Source: Flavobacteriales bacterium (lineage in GTDB: Bacteria; Bacteroidota; Bacteroidia; Flavobacteriales_D; CAJJDF01). Taken from it: a stretch of DNA of 64,000 bases. Each line of letters begins with the position of its first letter. Positions within the stretch are counted from its first letter, which is position 1. The notes beneath the pieces are model-generated. The model saw only the letters and a program-made list of their open reading frames with translations, was not told where the DNA came from and made no database searches. Of the stretch, positions 10,301-19,584 are shown one piece after another. Made by a program: the position numbers and the translations under genes. The stretch is taken from NCBI GenBank assembly GCA_018609055.1, contig JABAYJ010000009.1, positions 17,343 to 81,342 on the forward strand. Direction: 5' to 3'.

Positions 10301-10463
10301 GTTGTTAGTAATCTTCTTATTTGGAGGAGACTCAATTAAAGGGATGACATTTGCATTAATGATTGGTGTAGTAGTGGGAACTTATTCTTCACTATGTATC
10401 GCAACTCCTTCAGTTGTTGATTTCACTAAATCATTTGATTTTAAAAAGAAAGATAAAGCATAA
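7305..10463 (+). CDS. secDF: Protein translocase fused SecD/SecF
   Basis: GLDLEGG, GMSVDANVLVFERIREE, GVEFTGG, GYSINDTVVVFDRIRE. Confidence 0.97.
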   Translation: MQNRNIIWVFTILLTLACLYQLSFSWVTSGVENEADAYGESQAAMYQDGDTSIVEVANGKFPVSSAIERSVYAKAVTENFLVEKGNESVYPLLGHSYKECKDNELAKGLDLEGGMSVTLQVSIPDMVRELAGRYSKRAEFSEPFNAANAVFKSEGNEREFVDIFEEKCVEMSPDENLASIFKFKDENGDKMIDISNEEVFAVLREKSLGALDKTETVINSRVSGLGLSQPSIQKNASKGTITVELPGVKDKERARKLLQSTAKLEFWHTYKNTDIGNEIFEKVNDILSRTMYPGFLDSIEKANDTSNLLTDSTNVADAADATGEANDGDSSAASMNDSFDSLSENDEFGDDELTATEEEQLNAFRKSNPLSAYLFPNANGESQWNEGAILGYSKWSDTAKVIEYLNRDYVQNVLPTRDIMFMWDAKPIDNTQEGSPELFYLYLVKKTKSGVADLDGEQVETARQDFDPVSRQPMVSLQFKSAGAIAWATMTEQSANDETGIAITLDNKVFSAPGASGKIEGGRTQITGGSFAGTNGIAEAADLANILKAGALPAPSKIVDESVVGPTLGAENVQSGLWSFAAALLLVLIYMIFYYAKAGAIADIALLANIFFIFGTLASLGAALTLPGIAGIVLTIGMSVDANVLVFERIREELRNGKGKRQAIDEGYAKALSAILDANITTLLTAIVLGYFGTGAIQGFAVTLIIGIFTSLFSALIISRLIFSYMSDTKREISFSTSITKNLFLNLNIPFIKKRKIFYLISGLIIAGGIASLSIRSLDYGVEFTGGRTYKVQFDKEVNFQEVRNNLKVEFGDKEPEVKMIDNKFKALITTQYLLADKTQDGSKKVEDALTRGLTPLSSYITLESRQVDSNISAGFKTSSLYAIGFSLLIIFLYILLRFKKWQFGLGALIAMAHDVLIVLSLFSIGWGIFPFAMEINQAFIAAILTVVGYSINDTVVVFDRIREFLSEKRRGDSSEVINKALNSTLSRTVNTSVTTFLVLLVIFLFGGDSIKGMTFALMIGVVVGTYSSLCIATPSVVDFTKSFDFKKKDKA

Positions 10464-10483
10464 GCCTTATTAAAATATACTTT

Positions 10484-10520
10484 AAAGTCCTTTCGGTTAA
10501 TATCGAAAGGACTTTTTTTT
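10484..10520 (+). terminator. Intrinsic terminator after secDF
   Basis: 12-bp stem AAAGTCCTTTCG/CGAAAGGACTTT followed by T-tract. Confidence 0.85.
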
Positions 10521-10616
10521 GAAATAAATGTTCGTTTTCTGAAGTATAATATCTCGGATTAATTCTTCATTATTTCTTACCTTAGTATTCTAATTCGGGA
10601 AATAAATTCCTTTTTT

Positions 10617-10964
10617 ATGATATCAGCAAATTTAACTTCTGTATTTCTGTTTTTGAACCTTAGTGGGGGAGAGGTAGCTATAATCTTTTTGTTTGTCCTT
10701 ATTTTTTTTGGAGCAGAAAGCATTCCAACTATTGCTCGTTCGTTTGGTAAAATAATGTATCAGATAAAAAATGCTACGGATGATATTAAAAATGATATTC
10801 GAGTATCTACCGATAACATTAAAAAAGATATCATGGATCAAGCAGATGTTTCCAATCCAATTAAGGATATAAAAAATGAATTAACTGAAAATTCTGGTAT
10901 TTCTAATCCTATTAAAGAACTTAAGTCTGACATTGATAATTCTGTTAAAGACATAAACATATAA
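10617..10964 (+). CDS. tatA: Twin-arginine translocase TatA/TatB family subunit
   Basis: LSGGEVAIIFLFVLIFFGAESIPTIARSFGK. Confidence 0.8.
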   Translation: MISANLTSVFLFLNLSGGEVAIIFLFVLIFFGAESIPTIARSFGKIMYQIKNATDDIKNDIRVSTDNIKKDIMDQADVSNPIKDIKNELTENSGISNPIKELKSDIDNSVKDINI

Positions 10965-10966
10965 CT

Positions 10967-11908
10967 ATGGGAATGGATGTTTTTTGGCTCGTACTTGGTT
11001 TAGCGATATTAGTATTCAGTGGTGATTTTCTTGTGAAAGGAGCCTTAGGAATTGCCGAAAAATTTAAAATTTCACCATTAGTAATTGGTATGACAGTAGT
11101 TTCTTTTGGAACCTCTGCACCAGAATTATTTGTAAGTATAAAGGCTGCATTGGGAGGTTCGCCAGATTTGGCTATTGGTAATGTAATAGGTTCTAATATT
11201 GCTAATATAGCGTTAGTGTTATCTATTACGGTATTGATATTCCCTATTGTTGTAGATAGAAACTCTAAAATAATAGACTGGCCAATGATGATGTTTTCCA
11301 GTATTCTGTTTTATGTTTTTTCAATGGATAATGTAATTAGCACGCTTGAAGGTGTAATTATGGTTTCTATACTACTTGTATTTACAGTGCTTTTAATCCG
11401 TAATTCAAGAAAGCTAAATATAAAGGAAGAAGATGATGCAGAACCAGTTTCAACTAACATGCCTTTAACTTTGGTTTTTTTAATTGGTGGGTTAATCGGG
11501 CTTAAGTTTGGAGCAGATTGGTTTGTTGAAGGAGCAAAAGGTGTTGCCTCTTCTTTCGGAATGTCCGAAGCAGTAATTGGAGTTACTATTGTAGCTTTTG
11601 GTACGTCAGTGCCCGAGTTAGTAGCATCTGGTGTTGCAGCTTTTAGAAAGCAAACAGATATTTCTTTAGGAAACTTAGTAGGGTCTAATATCTTTAACAT
11701 CCTTATAGTACTTGGAATCACCTCAATAATAAAGCCTATTAAGGTTGCTGAGAGTGTTATGAGCTTTGATATGTATTGGATGCTTGGAATTGCTTTAGCG
11801 CTATTCCCTATGATGTTTATCGGTAAAAAAATGGGAAGGGTTCACGGGATAATATTGTTAACTGCATATATTACCTACATAACCCTTTGTTTACAATCAG
11901 TTGGATAA
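10967..11908 (+). CDS. Calcium/sodium antiporter
   Basis: Two repeats GTSAPEL / GTSVPEL and GSNIANI / GSNIFNI. Confidence 0.92.
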   Translation: MGMDVFWLVLGLAILVFSGDFLVKGALGIAEKFKISPLVIGMTVVSFGTSAPELFVSIKAALGGSPDLAIGNVIGSNIANIALVLSITVLIFPIVVDRNSKIIDWPMMMFSSILFYVFSMDNVISTLEGVIMVSILLVFTVLLIRNSRKLNIKEEDDAEPVSTNMPLTLVFLIGGLIGLKFGADWFVEGAKGVASSFGMSEAVIGVTIVAFGTSVPELVASGVAAFRKQTDISLGNLVGSNIFNILIVLGITSIIKPIKVAESVMSFDMYWMLGIALALFPMMFIGKKMGRVHGIILLTAYITYITLCLQSVG

Positions 11909-12475
11909 ACGATTGATAAGTGAAATCACTTGAGGTATAACCATTTCTTCACCAGAATTATCTATAATGTAATCAGCTAATTCTTTTTTCTTTTCCTCAC
12001 TCCATTGGCTATTCATTCTTGCTTCAATAGCTTCTTTAGTAGCTGAATCTCTCTTCATTACTCGATTAATTCGTTCCTCTTTGGGGCAAGTAACTAAAAT
12101 TGTTTTATCCAATGATTTGTAGATACCAGTTTCAAAAAGTATAGCTGCTTCTTTTAAAACGAATGATGTATTCTGAGAATTTGCCCATTTGTCAAAATCT
12201 AATCCGACAGCTGGGTGAACAATGCTATTTAGTTTCTGTAATTTATCTGAATCACTAAAAACTATGCTAGCCATTTTTTTTCTATCAAGACCTTCAGAAG
12301 AATAGATGTCATCCCCAAATTCTTGCTTAATAGAATCAATAACATCAATATTTGAATTAATTAATTCCTTAGCTCTAGTGTCAGAATTGTACACAGGAAA
12401 CCCCATAGAAATAAATACCTTGGCAATTGTTGATTTGCCTGAGCCTATTCCTCCAGTTATTCCAATGATTCTCAT
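11897..12475 (-). CDS. coaE: Dephospho-CoA kinase
   Basis: GITGGIGSGKST, LNSIVHP. Confidence 0.95.
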   Translation of the reverse strand: MRIIGITGGIGSGKSTIAKVFISMGFPVYNSDTRAKELINSNIDVIDSIKQEFGDDIYSSEGLDRKKMASIVFSDSDKLQKLNSIVHPAVGLDFDKWANSQNTSFVLKEAAILFETGIYKSLDKTILVTCPKEERINRVMKRDSATKEAIEARMNSQWSEEKKKELADYIIDNSGEEMVIPQVISLINRLSN

Positions 12476-12491
12476 GGGTTAGTAGGAACGA

Positions 12492-12806
12492 TTATTTTCG
12501 TCCGCTTTGTTGTTGATGAGCAGCAAAATCTGTGATTAATGCAGATTTTTCTACTTTAATCAAAGTTCCATCTTCAATTTTAATGTTCACAGTAGTTTCT
12601 TGAATAGAATGAACTTTACCGTGAATTCCACCAATTGTAACTATTTGAGCTCCTTTTTCTAAAGCTTCTCTAAAGCTTTTTAATTCTTTTTGCTTTTTCA
12701 TTTGAGGTCTAATCATGAAAAAGTAAAATACTCCAAACATCAATGCCAGCATTATTATCATTTGATAACCTCCTCCTCCTGCAGCTTGTAATAAGATTGT
12801 ATTCAT
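12492..12806 (-). CDS. yajC: Preprotein translocase subunit YajC
   Basis: FYFFMIRPQMKKQK, VTIGGIHG. Confidence 0.95.
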   Translation of the reverse strand: MNTILLQAAGGGGYQMIIMLALMFGVFYFFMIRPQMKKQKELKSFREALEKGAQIVTIGGIHGKVHSIQETTVNIKIEDGTLIKVEKSALITDFAAHQQQSGRK

Positions 12807-12819
12807 AGTTTTATTTGTT

Positions 12820-13251
12820 TTAGTTTGTATCAGTAGGCCCTACTACTTTACCAATTAATTTTAATTTAGTTGTGTTTGGTTTTGTATTACCTACTACGGT
12901 TATTGTTTTATTAGTTTGTCCGGCTCTTCCTTCAGAGTTATAAACTACTTCAATATAAGAATATTCTCCTGGAGCAATTGGTGTTCTTGGCCAATTTTTA
13001 GCAATGGTACATCCACAACTTTTATTTACTGCAGAAAGTACCAGTGGTCCATTCCCAGTGTTTGTGAACTTGTATTTATGCGTTACTTGGTCTCCATCTA
13101 TTATAGTTCCAAAGTCGAATGTTTCGTTTTCGAAAGTAATTATAGGTGGGTTTTTAAGTTCAATAAGGTCGGTATAATTTTCTTCTGTAATCACTTCATC
13201 ACAAGAAGTAAATATGCAAATAGCTAAAAGAAAAATTATAGAAACTCTCAT
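12820..13251 (-). CDS. DUF1573 domain lipoprotein
   Basis: Lipobox FTSC; FDFGTI, FTNTGNGPL, SCGCT. Confidence 0.85.
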   Translation of the reverse strand: MRVSIIFLLAICIFTSCDEVITEENYTDLIELKNPPIITFENETFDFGTIIDGDQVTHKYKFTNTGNGPLVLSAVNKSCGCTIAKNWPRTPIAPGEYSYIEVVYNSEGRAGQTNKTITVVGNTKPNTTKLKLIGKVVGPTDTN

Positions 13252-13255
13252 TGTT

Positions 13256-14221
13256 TTATTTTTGAATTGATTTATTTATTAATCCTCTTCCCATCTTATT
13301 TATTTTTTCATCACTTTTTAATTGATTGAAAATCTTATCTAAAATACCATTAATAAATCCTTTACTCTTAGGAGTGCTATAGAATTTTGATATTTCTATA
13401 TACTCATTCATAGTAACTTTAACTGGTATAGAAGGGAAATCTAATGCTTCTACAATTGCCATATTCATTAATATAACATCAGTTTTAGCAAGCCTATCTA
13501 CATCCCAGTTTTTGGTTTGAGCACCAATTAATTTCTGGCACTCTGCATCTTTAAGGATAGCATTTCTAAAAAGTAGTTTAGCATATGTTTCATCATCTTC
13601 ATCCTTAAATAAAGGTGTAAGAGTTTCGAATCCAGAATCATTTTCGCTCAAGTTCTCTATCGTTTTGATAGTTGCAATTGCTACGATATCTAAATCATCA
13701 TTCCAAAAGATGCTATTGTCTTCCAATACATCATGAAGCAATTCATTGTTCACAATGTTTTCTTTGAAAATAGAAATCAAAAAGTTTTTGTCTTCACCAA
13801 AAGAATCTGCACCAGAGTTCATGTATGCTTGGTATTCATCAGATTTTTTAATCTCTTGGTATATCTGGCTAATTACTGTAAAAGCACCATCAGTACTCCA
13901 CATAACATTCATGTTGCTAATGTCTTTTTGCAACTGGCTGTTTTGATTAAGCAAAGCAAACGCTCTATTGTTTACAAACTTCAGGTTTGGGTTAAGATCA
14001 TCTTCAGTTGGACGATTTTTAGTTTTAGCATTTTCGATTTTTTCTTCTGCTAATACTTTAATCTCATTAAAAGCTGATAAAAAAGTGATGTACAACTCAT
14101 ATACCTTTTTTAAACTAAAAAGTAACTCGCGTTCTCCTTTATCCAATTCTTTGTTATTAGAAAAAATATAGGCGTATAAAGCCAAGAATGTTTTAATACG
14201 TATGTGTCTTCTAGATAACAT
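13256..14221 (-). CDS. nusB: Transcription antitermination factor NusB (long Bacteroidota type)
   Basis: MLSRRHIRIK; NEYIEISKFYSTPKSKGFINGILD. Confidence 0.93.
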   Translation of the reverse strand: MLSRRHIRIKTFLALYAYIFSNNKELDKGERELLFSLKKVYELYITFLSAFNEIKVLAEEKIENAKTKNRPTEDDLNPNLKFVNNRAFALLNQNSQLQKDISNMNVMWSTDGAFTVISQIYQEIKKSDEYQAYMNSGADSFGEDKNFLISIFKENIVNNELLHDVLEDNSIFWNDDLDIVAIATIKTIENLSENDSGFETLTPLFKDEDDETYAKLLFRNAILKDAECQKLIGAQTKNWDVDRLAKTDVILMNMAIVEALDFPSIPVKVTMNEYIEISKFYSTPKSKGFINGILDKIFNQLKSDEKINKMGRGLINKSIQK

Positions 14222-15312
14222 TAAAGGGATAGTTTTATTTTACCGATTTTTTCAATTCTTTCCTCAGCCATTTTATTAGCAGCTAAGTAAGTTGGGATAT
14301 TTTCTTGTTCTGCTTTATCAAAGATAGCTAAAGTAGTGTTGTAAATGTCTTTAGTAAGATCCATTACTCTTTCTTTGTCGTATCCTGTAACTTCGAAAAA
14401 GCAATTAATTACACCTCCAGCATTTATTAAATAGTCTGGAGCATAGGTGATTCCCATATCCATACACATTTTACCATGCTTTACTTCGTCTTGTAATTGG
14501 TTGTTGGCAGCACCAGCAATTACTTTACATTTAAGTCTACTTAGTGTATCATCATTCACGGTTGCACCTAGTGCACAAGGTGAATAAATGTCTACATCTA
14601 AATCATAAATATCTTCTGGGCTTACAATTGTTACCTTGTAGTCTTTTTCAATTCTATCAAGAGTAGGTTTGTAAATGTCAGTAACAAATATTTCAGCTTC
14701 TTCTTTTTCAAGAAATTGAATTAGATATTCTCCTACATGACCTGCACCTTGAACAGATATCTTTTTTCCTTTTAATGATTCACTTCCAAAAGCTTTCATT
14801 GCTGCAGCTTTCATTCCCATGTATACTCCATAAGCAGTAACTGGCGAAGGGTCTCCACTTTTTCCTGGTAAACCACTTACGTGATTAGTTTCCATATTTA
14901 CCCAAATCATTTCTTTTGGAGATACACCTACGTCTTCTGCAGTAATGTATTTTCCTCCTAAGCTATTTACAAACTTCCCGAATCTACGGAAAAGTGCTTC
15001 TGATTTATCATTATGAGGATCAGCAATAATTACTGCTTTTCCACCACCTAAGTTTAATCCAGAAATTGCAGATTTATAAGTCATCCCTCTTGAAAGTCTT
15101 AATACATCTTGCAATGCTACGGCTTCACTTGCGTAATTCCACATTCTAGTTCCACCTAGTGATGGCCCTAATGTTGTGTTGTGTATTGCAATAATTGCTT
15201 TTAATCCTGATTCTTTGTCGTTACAAAATACTACTTGTTCGTGACCCATCATTTCCATTCTGTTGAGCAAGAATCCGTTCTCTTTTGCTTTTTCAGCTAT
15301 CGTAGTTTCCAT
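14221..15312 (-). CDS. Leu/Phe/Val dehydrogenase (start revised to ATG 15312)
   Basis: LGGTRM, GGGKAVI, QGAGHVG, GAANNQL; track start 15351 overlaps the promoter motif. Confidence 0.9.
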   Translation of the reverse strand: METTIAEKAKENGFLLNRMEMMGHEQVVFCNDKESGLKAIIAIHNTTLGPSLGGTRMWNYASEAVALQDVLRLSRGMTYKSAISGLNLGGGKAVIIADPHNDKSEALFRRFGKFVNSLGGKYITAEDVGVSPKEMIWVNMETNHVSGLPGKSGDPSPVTAYGVYMGMKAAAMKAFGSESLKGKKISVQGAGHVGEYLIQFLEKEEAEIFVTDIYKPTLDRIEKDYKVTIVSPEDIYDLDVDIYSPCALGATVNDDTLSRLKCKVIAGAANNQLQDEVKHGKMCMDMGITYAPDYLINAGGVINCFFEVTGYDKERVMDLTKDIYNTTLAIFDKAEQENIPTYLAANKMAEERIEKIGKIKLSL

Positions 15313-15348
15313 ATGATATTTAAATAAGTTAGATTTTAAATAAGAAAA

Positions 15349-15356
15349 CAAAATTA
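15349..15356 (-). promoter_or_regulatory. -7 promoter element (TAATTTTG) for the dehydrogenase-nusB-yajC-coaE run
   Basis: Exact TAnnTTTG. Confidence 0.6.
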
Positions 15357-15470
15357 CGATTAATATTTAATTTTTATTCGTGTTTTGGTATTAAATAAAG
15401 TGGATTTATTAATGTTTCTAAACCCAGTTTATTGGATTCAACATTATGCCTTTTTAACTCTAAAAATAAA

Positions 15471-15478
15471 TATCTTTG
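15471..15478 (+). promoter_or_regulatory. -7 promoter element (TATCTTTG), near-leaderless ABC gene
   Basis: Exact TAnnTTTG 5 nt before ATG 15484. Confidence 0.6.
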
Positions 15479-15483
15479 CATGA

Positions 15484-17253
15484 ATGGAATCACTCTCGTA
15501 TTTAAATAAATATCTAGTCAAATATAAATGGCGCCTTATTTTAGGGTCTATTTTTATTACGGCTTCTAACTATTTTGGTGTTGAAATGCCCTTTATTGTT
15601 AGAGATTCGATTAATTTATTTGCTGAAAAAGTTTTATCTCTAAAAGGAAAAGCATTATCAGAACTTGACAAAACCGAGGTTTTAGAGTCAGCTATTTATC
15701 TTGCGCTTTTCTATGTTGCCTTTTCTCTATTGAGAGGTTTCTTTGTTTTTCTTAATAGACAAACTATCATTATCATGTCGCGATTGATAGAATATGATTT
15801 GAAAAATGAAATTTATTCTCACTATCAAAAACTAACGCCTGCATTTTACAAGAAGAACAATACGGGTGATTTGATGAACAGGATTTCTGAAGATGTAAGC
15901 AAAGTACGAATGTATTTAGGGCCTGCAATTATGTATTCAATTAACCTATTCGTGTTAAGTATATTGGTTATTTATTACATGGTTTCTGTGAACTTAGAGT
16001 TAACTCTTTATGCATTAACCCCACTTCCATTTATGACTATCATGATCTACTACATAAGTAGATTGATGAATAAAAGAAGTGAAGAGGTACAAAATCAACA
16101 ATCCGTAATCTCCACATTTGTACAAGAATCTTTTTCTGGAATTAGGGTTGTGAAGGCTTATAATATGCAAAAGTCTTTGAGTGCTAGCTTTATGAATGAA
16201 GCGAACGAATACAAATCGCGTTCAATGAAATTGGCAACAATTAATGCTTTGTTTTTCCCGGTTATAGTTTTGTTGATTGGTGTGAGTACTGTTTTAACAA
16301 TTTATATTGGAGGAATTAAAGTGGATGAAGGTGTAATTACAAATGGGGATATTGCATTATTTGTTATTTATGTAAATATGCTTACATGGCCTTTTGCTTC
16401 TATTGGTTGGGTGACTTCAATGGTGCAAAGAGCAGCTGCATCTCAAAAGAGGATTAACGAATTTTTAGAACAAGAGCCAGATATTTATTCTAAAGAAGAT
16501 GCTGTTCCTATGAAAGGTGGAGATATTGTTTTTGATGATGTTTCTTTTGTTTATCCTGATTCGGGAATTAAAGCTTTACAAAACATTTCATTTGTACTTC
16601 CAGAGGGAAAAACTTTAGGGATAATTGGTGAAACAGGTTCTGGTAAAACTACTATTGCTAATATGATAGCTAGGTTGTATGATGTGGATAATGGACAGAT
16701 TAAAATTGGTGATTCGCCAATTGAAAATATAAATCTAAACGAGCTAAGAGCAGCCATAGGTTATGTGCCCCAAGATGCATTTTTGTTTTCGGATAGTATT
16801 TCAAATAATATCAAATTTGGATTAAGTGATATTGGAGAAAATAGCAATGAGTTGATGGAACAAGCAGCTAAAGATGCTCATATTTATGACAATATTGTTG
16901 AGTTCGATAAAGGTTTTGAAACCGTAGTAGGGGAAAGAGGGATTACTCTTTCTGGAGGGCAAAAACAAAGAGTTTCTATTGCTCGTGCAATTATTAAACA
17001 GCCTGATGTTTTGGTTTTTGATGATTGTCTTTCGGCTGTGGATACTGAGACTGAAGACATTATTCTTAGAAATTTAAAAAGAATAATGAAAGGTAAAACT
17101 AGTGTTATTATCAGTCACAGGATTTCTTCTCTTGAGCATGCCGATTTAATTATCGTAATGAACGAGGGTAAAATAATCGAACAAGGGAGCCATGACGAGC
17201 TAATGAATCAAAATGGTTATTACACTTCGCTTAATGAGAAGCAGAAGGGGTAG
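15484..17253 (+). CDS. ABC exporter, fused permease/ATPase
   Basis: N-terminal TM domain; GETGSGKT, LSGGQKQR, VFDD. Confidence 0.93.
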   Translation: MESLSYLNKYLVKYKWRLILGSIFITASNYFGVEMPFIVRDSINLFAEKVLSLKGKALSELDKTEVLESAIYLALFYVAFSLLRGFFVFLNRQTIIIMSRLIEYDLKNEIYSHYQKLTPAFYKKNNTGDLMNRISEDVSKVRMYLGPAIMYSINLFVLSILVIYYMVSVNLELTLYALTPLPFMTIMIYYISRLMNKRSEEVQNQQSVISTFVQESFSGIRVVKAYNMQKSLSASFMNEANEYKSRSMKLATINALFFPVIVLLIGVSTVLTIYIGGIKVDEGVITNGDIALFVIYVNMLTWPFASIGWVTSMVQRAAASQKRINEFLEQEPDIYSKEDAVPMKGGDIVFDDVSFVYPDSGIKALQNISFVLPEGKTLGIIGETGSGKTTIANMIARLYDVDNGQIKIGDSPIENINLNELRAAIGYVPQDAFLFSDSISNNIKFGLSDIGENSNELMEQAAKDAHIYDNIVEFDKGFETVVGERGITLSGGQKQRVSIARAIIKQPDVLVFDDCLSAVDTETEDIILRNLKRIMKGKTSVIISHRISSLEHADLIIVMNEGKIIEQGSHDELMNQNGYYTSLNEKQKG

Positions 17254-17255
17254 AT

Positions 17256-17826
17256 TTAGCCTAATACTTCTTTTATTCTCAATTTCAAAACGGGCAATAT
17301 GTTTTCGGGAAACCATTCATTTTTAGCCATCCAAATATTATTTCTAGGTGATGGATGTGGTAAAACAAAGTATTTAGGAAGGTACTCTTCGTAATTTTTA
17401 ACAGTGTCGGTTAGGGTTCTTTTCTTGGTTTCTTTTAAGTAATAATTTTGAGCATAAGTTCCAATTAGGATTACTAATTCCAAATTTTTCATTGTATCAA
17501 AAACTTGATCGTGCCATAATGTAGCACATTCTTTTCGTGGGGGTAAGTCTCCTGACTTTCCTTTTCCGGGATAACAGAATCCCATAGGAATTAATGCTAT
17601 TTTATGGGGGTTGTAAAATGTCTCATCAGAAATTCCGAGCCATTTCCTTAGGTTTTTTCCACTTTTGTCATCCCAAGGGATTCCTGATAGATGTACAGCT
17701 TTTCCTGGTGGCTTGTCCAATGATTGCAATTTTGCTTTTTTCATGAATACTTAAAACTGGCCTAGGTCCAAGTTGCAAGAAAGGTTTGCAAACTTCGCAT
17801 TTCGATATTTCTTCAAGTAATTTCAT
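17256..17826 (-). pseudogene. Uracil-DNA glycosylase-family gene with a 1-nt insertion near 17710
   Basis: ATG 17826 gives MKLLEEISKCEVCKPFLQLGPRPVL..IIGQA; the frame then shifts to PGKAVHLSGIPWDD..LPHPSPRN; span 571 nt = 3n+1. Confidence 0.8.
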
Positions 17827-17858
17827 TGTTGCTAAAAGTAAAGAAATCTACTTGATAT

Positions 17859-17888
17859 AAAAAAAGCCTTACTGTTGAGCAAGGCTTT
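17859..17888 (-). terminator. Intrinsic terminator after the DUF6340-like gene
   Basis: AAAGCCTT/AAGGCTTT stem with A-tract on + strand. Confidence 0.7.
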
Positions 17889-17893
17889 AAATT

Positions 17894-18946
17894 TTAGTTT
17901 TTCATCTGTTCTTCCAGTATCTTCTGGCTTGCTAATCTATCTTTCAAGATATTGACATATGCCAATGCCATTTTATTATTATGGGTTAAGTAGGATATAT
18001 TTGCCCATTCAATTGCTTTTTCTAAATCTCCATTAATTTCGCTTATCAATGCTAAATTATAGGTAGCTTTTCCGGCAACTTTACTTTTTTCATTATTTAC
18101 ATCTTTCTCCCAAAGCTCAGCAGCTCCATCCCAATCGCCTACATTTATATATCGCTTAGCCGCTTTAAGGTTATCAGATCCTCTTACGTAAATACTTCTT
18201 GATACCGTGAATTGTTGTGGTAAAACTCTTTGAGCATATTCAGTTCCTAAATATCTGCTAATTTCAATTACATTTTCTTTTCTTTTGGCAACAGTCTCAA
18301 GTGCTTTAATAGGATTTATTCCTCTTCCTGTAGCTGAAGTGTTTTCTACCAAAACAATTTCATCACGAATAGTCTGAGTTCTGATGTCATAAATTCTCCA
18401 ACCTGATTTTATTTTGGTATCAATTCTAGCAATATGCTCAGGAACCTGAACGCTCGCTCCAAATGGGTTAGGTATTGTTCTCATTTGAGTAGAGTAATTA
18501 ATTTTAGAGTCCGTATCATAAAATGATAAAACAAATAGTACTTCAACATCATTCTGTTCTCCTATTGAATTAAGACTATCCCAAGGGATTGAAGAAGGAA
18601 ATATGCCCATACCAGGAGTTGTAAGTCCCGAGCTATCAATTTTAGTGATGTAATCAAATCTATTATTCTTTAATAATTCGTCTTTCATTGCTGTAGTAGA
18701 AGCATCTGCAGCTTCTTTGTCAAAATTCTTTCCTTCGGCAGTTAAAACTTTATCTATCACATCAAGAGGTTTATTGTTTTCAGCAGTTTCAGTTCTGTCA
18801 ATTACCCCAACCTTTGTGTAAGTGGAATCGAAGAATACTGGAGCTGGTTCTACAACTTTTATGGTATAAATACTAGTAGTGCTACACGAACTAAATAATA
18901 ATAGACTAACTATTACGAGGGCGAAATAAGAATAATATTTTTTCAT
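17894..18946 (-). CDS. DUF6340-like lipoprotein with C-terminal TPR-like helices
   Basis: Lipobox FSSC; GDWDGAAELWE, ATYNLALISEINGDLEKAIEWA. Confidence 0.7.
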   Translation of the reverse strand: MKKYYSYFALVIVSLLLFSSCSTTSIYTIKVVEPAPVFFDSTYTKVGVIDRTETAENNKPLDVIDKVLTAEGKNFDKEAADASTTAMKDELLKNNRFDYITKIDSSGLTTPGMGIFPSSIPWDSLNSIGEQNDVEVLFVLSFYDTDSKINYSTQMRTIPNPFGASVQVPEHIARIDTKIKSGWRIYDIRTQTIRDEIVLVENTSATGRGINPIKALETVAKRKENVIEISRYLGTEYAQRVLPQQFTVSRSIYVRGSDNLKAAKRYINVGDWDGAAELWEKDVNNEKSKVAGKATYNLALISEINGDLEKAIEWANISYLTHNNKMALAYVNILKDRLASQKILEEQMKN

Positions 18947-18974
18947 GATTTTTAATTGTTAGATAAGTCTTTAT

Positions 18975-18989
18975 TCAATCTTTATGCCA
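18975..18989 (-). promoter_or_regulatory. Candidate sigma54 -24/-12 element TGGCATAAAGATTGA
   Basis: TGGCA start with GG-N10-GA spacing upstream of 18946. Confidence 0.45.
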
Positions 18990-19073
18990 AAATCTAAATC
19001 AAAGGTAATTAAATAGAAAAAGCTCCTACAAATTAATGCAGAAGCCTTTTCTAACCATCTATGAAAAAACTAA

Positions 19074-19502
19074 TTACTCAATCGTGATTAGCTTGTTTTT
19101 CTTGATTTCTGCTTCCTTTTTAGGAATAATAACGGTCAAGAGGCCGTTTTCGTTTTTAGCTTCAATTTTTTCAATGTCTACTAGTTTTGGTAAATTAAAA
19201 CTTCTTTTAAAACTGTGGTAAGAGAATTCTTTTCTCACGTTTTTGCTATTTTCTTTATTAGCTTCTTTCTTTACGTCAGCACTAATTGTTAGTCTATTTT
19301 CTTTAAGCTCAATTTTAATGTCTTCTTTTTTAAGTCCTGGAACTGCAAGTTCAATCGTATGACTTACATCACTTTCATTAATGTTTGCCAAAGGAACTTG
19401 GCTCATTAAATTTCTTTTTACTGTGTCCATTGTTTCTGATCCAAATACTTCGTCAATCAAATTTGTAAAGCCTGGTATAAAGTTGTTGTGTGTGATTTTC
19501 AT
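19074..19502 (-). CDS. Hsp20/alpha-crystallin small heat-shock protein
   Basis: ELAVPGLKKEDI, EFSYHSFKRSFNLP, NGLLTV. Confidence 0.93.
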   Translation of the reverse strand: MKITHNNFIPGFTNLIDEVFGSETMDTVKRNLMSQVPLANINESDVSHTIELAVPGLKKEDIKIELKENRLTISADVKKEANKENSKNVRKEFSYHSFKRSFNLPKLVDIEKIEAKNENGLLTVIIPKKEAEIKKNKLITIE

Positions 19503-19568
19503 AATTATTATTTTTAGTTATTTATAAAGTGTTTAATTATCGTTAATTTCAAATTCGATATTCTTAAT

Positions 19569-19583
19569 ACAAAACCAATTCCA
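19569..19583 (-). promoter_or_regulatory. Candidate sigma54 -24/-12 element TGGAATTGGTTTTGT upstream of hsp20
   Basis: GG-N10-GT spacing. Confidence 0.4.
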
Positions 19584-19584
19584 A

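Noticed and set aside
17745-17826. Apparent intergenic gap above the track's 162-aa ORF
   Set aside because: It is the frameshifted 5' part of the UDG gene, not a non-coding element
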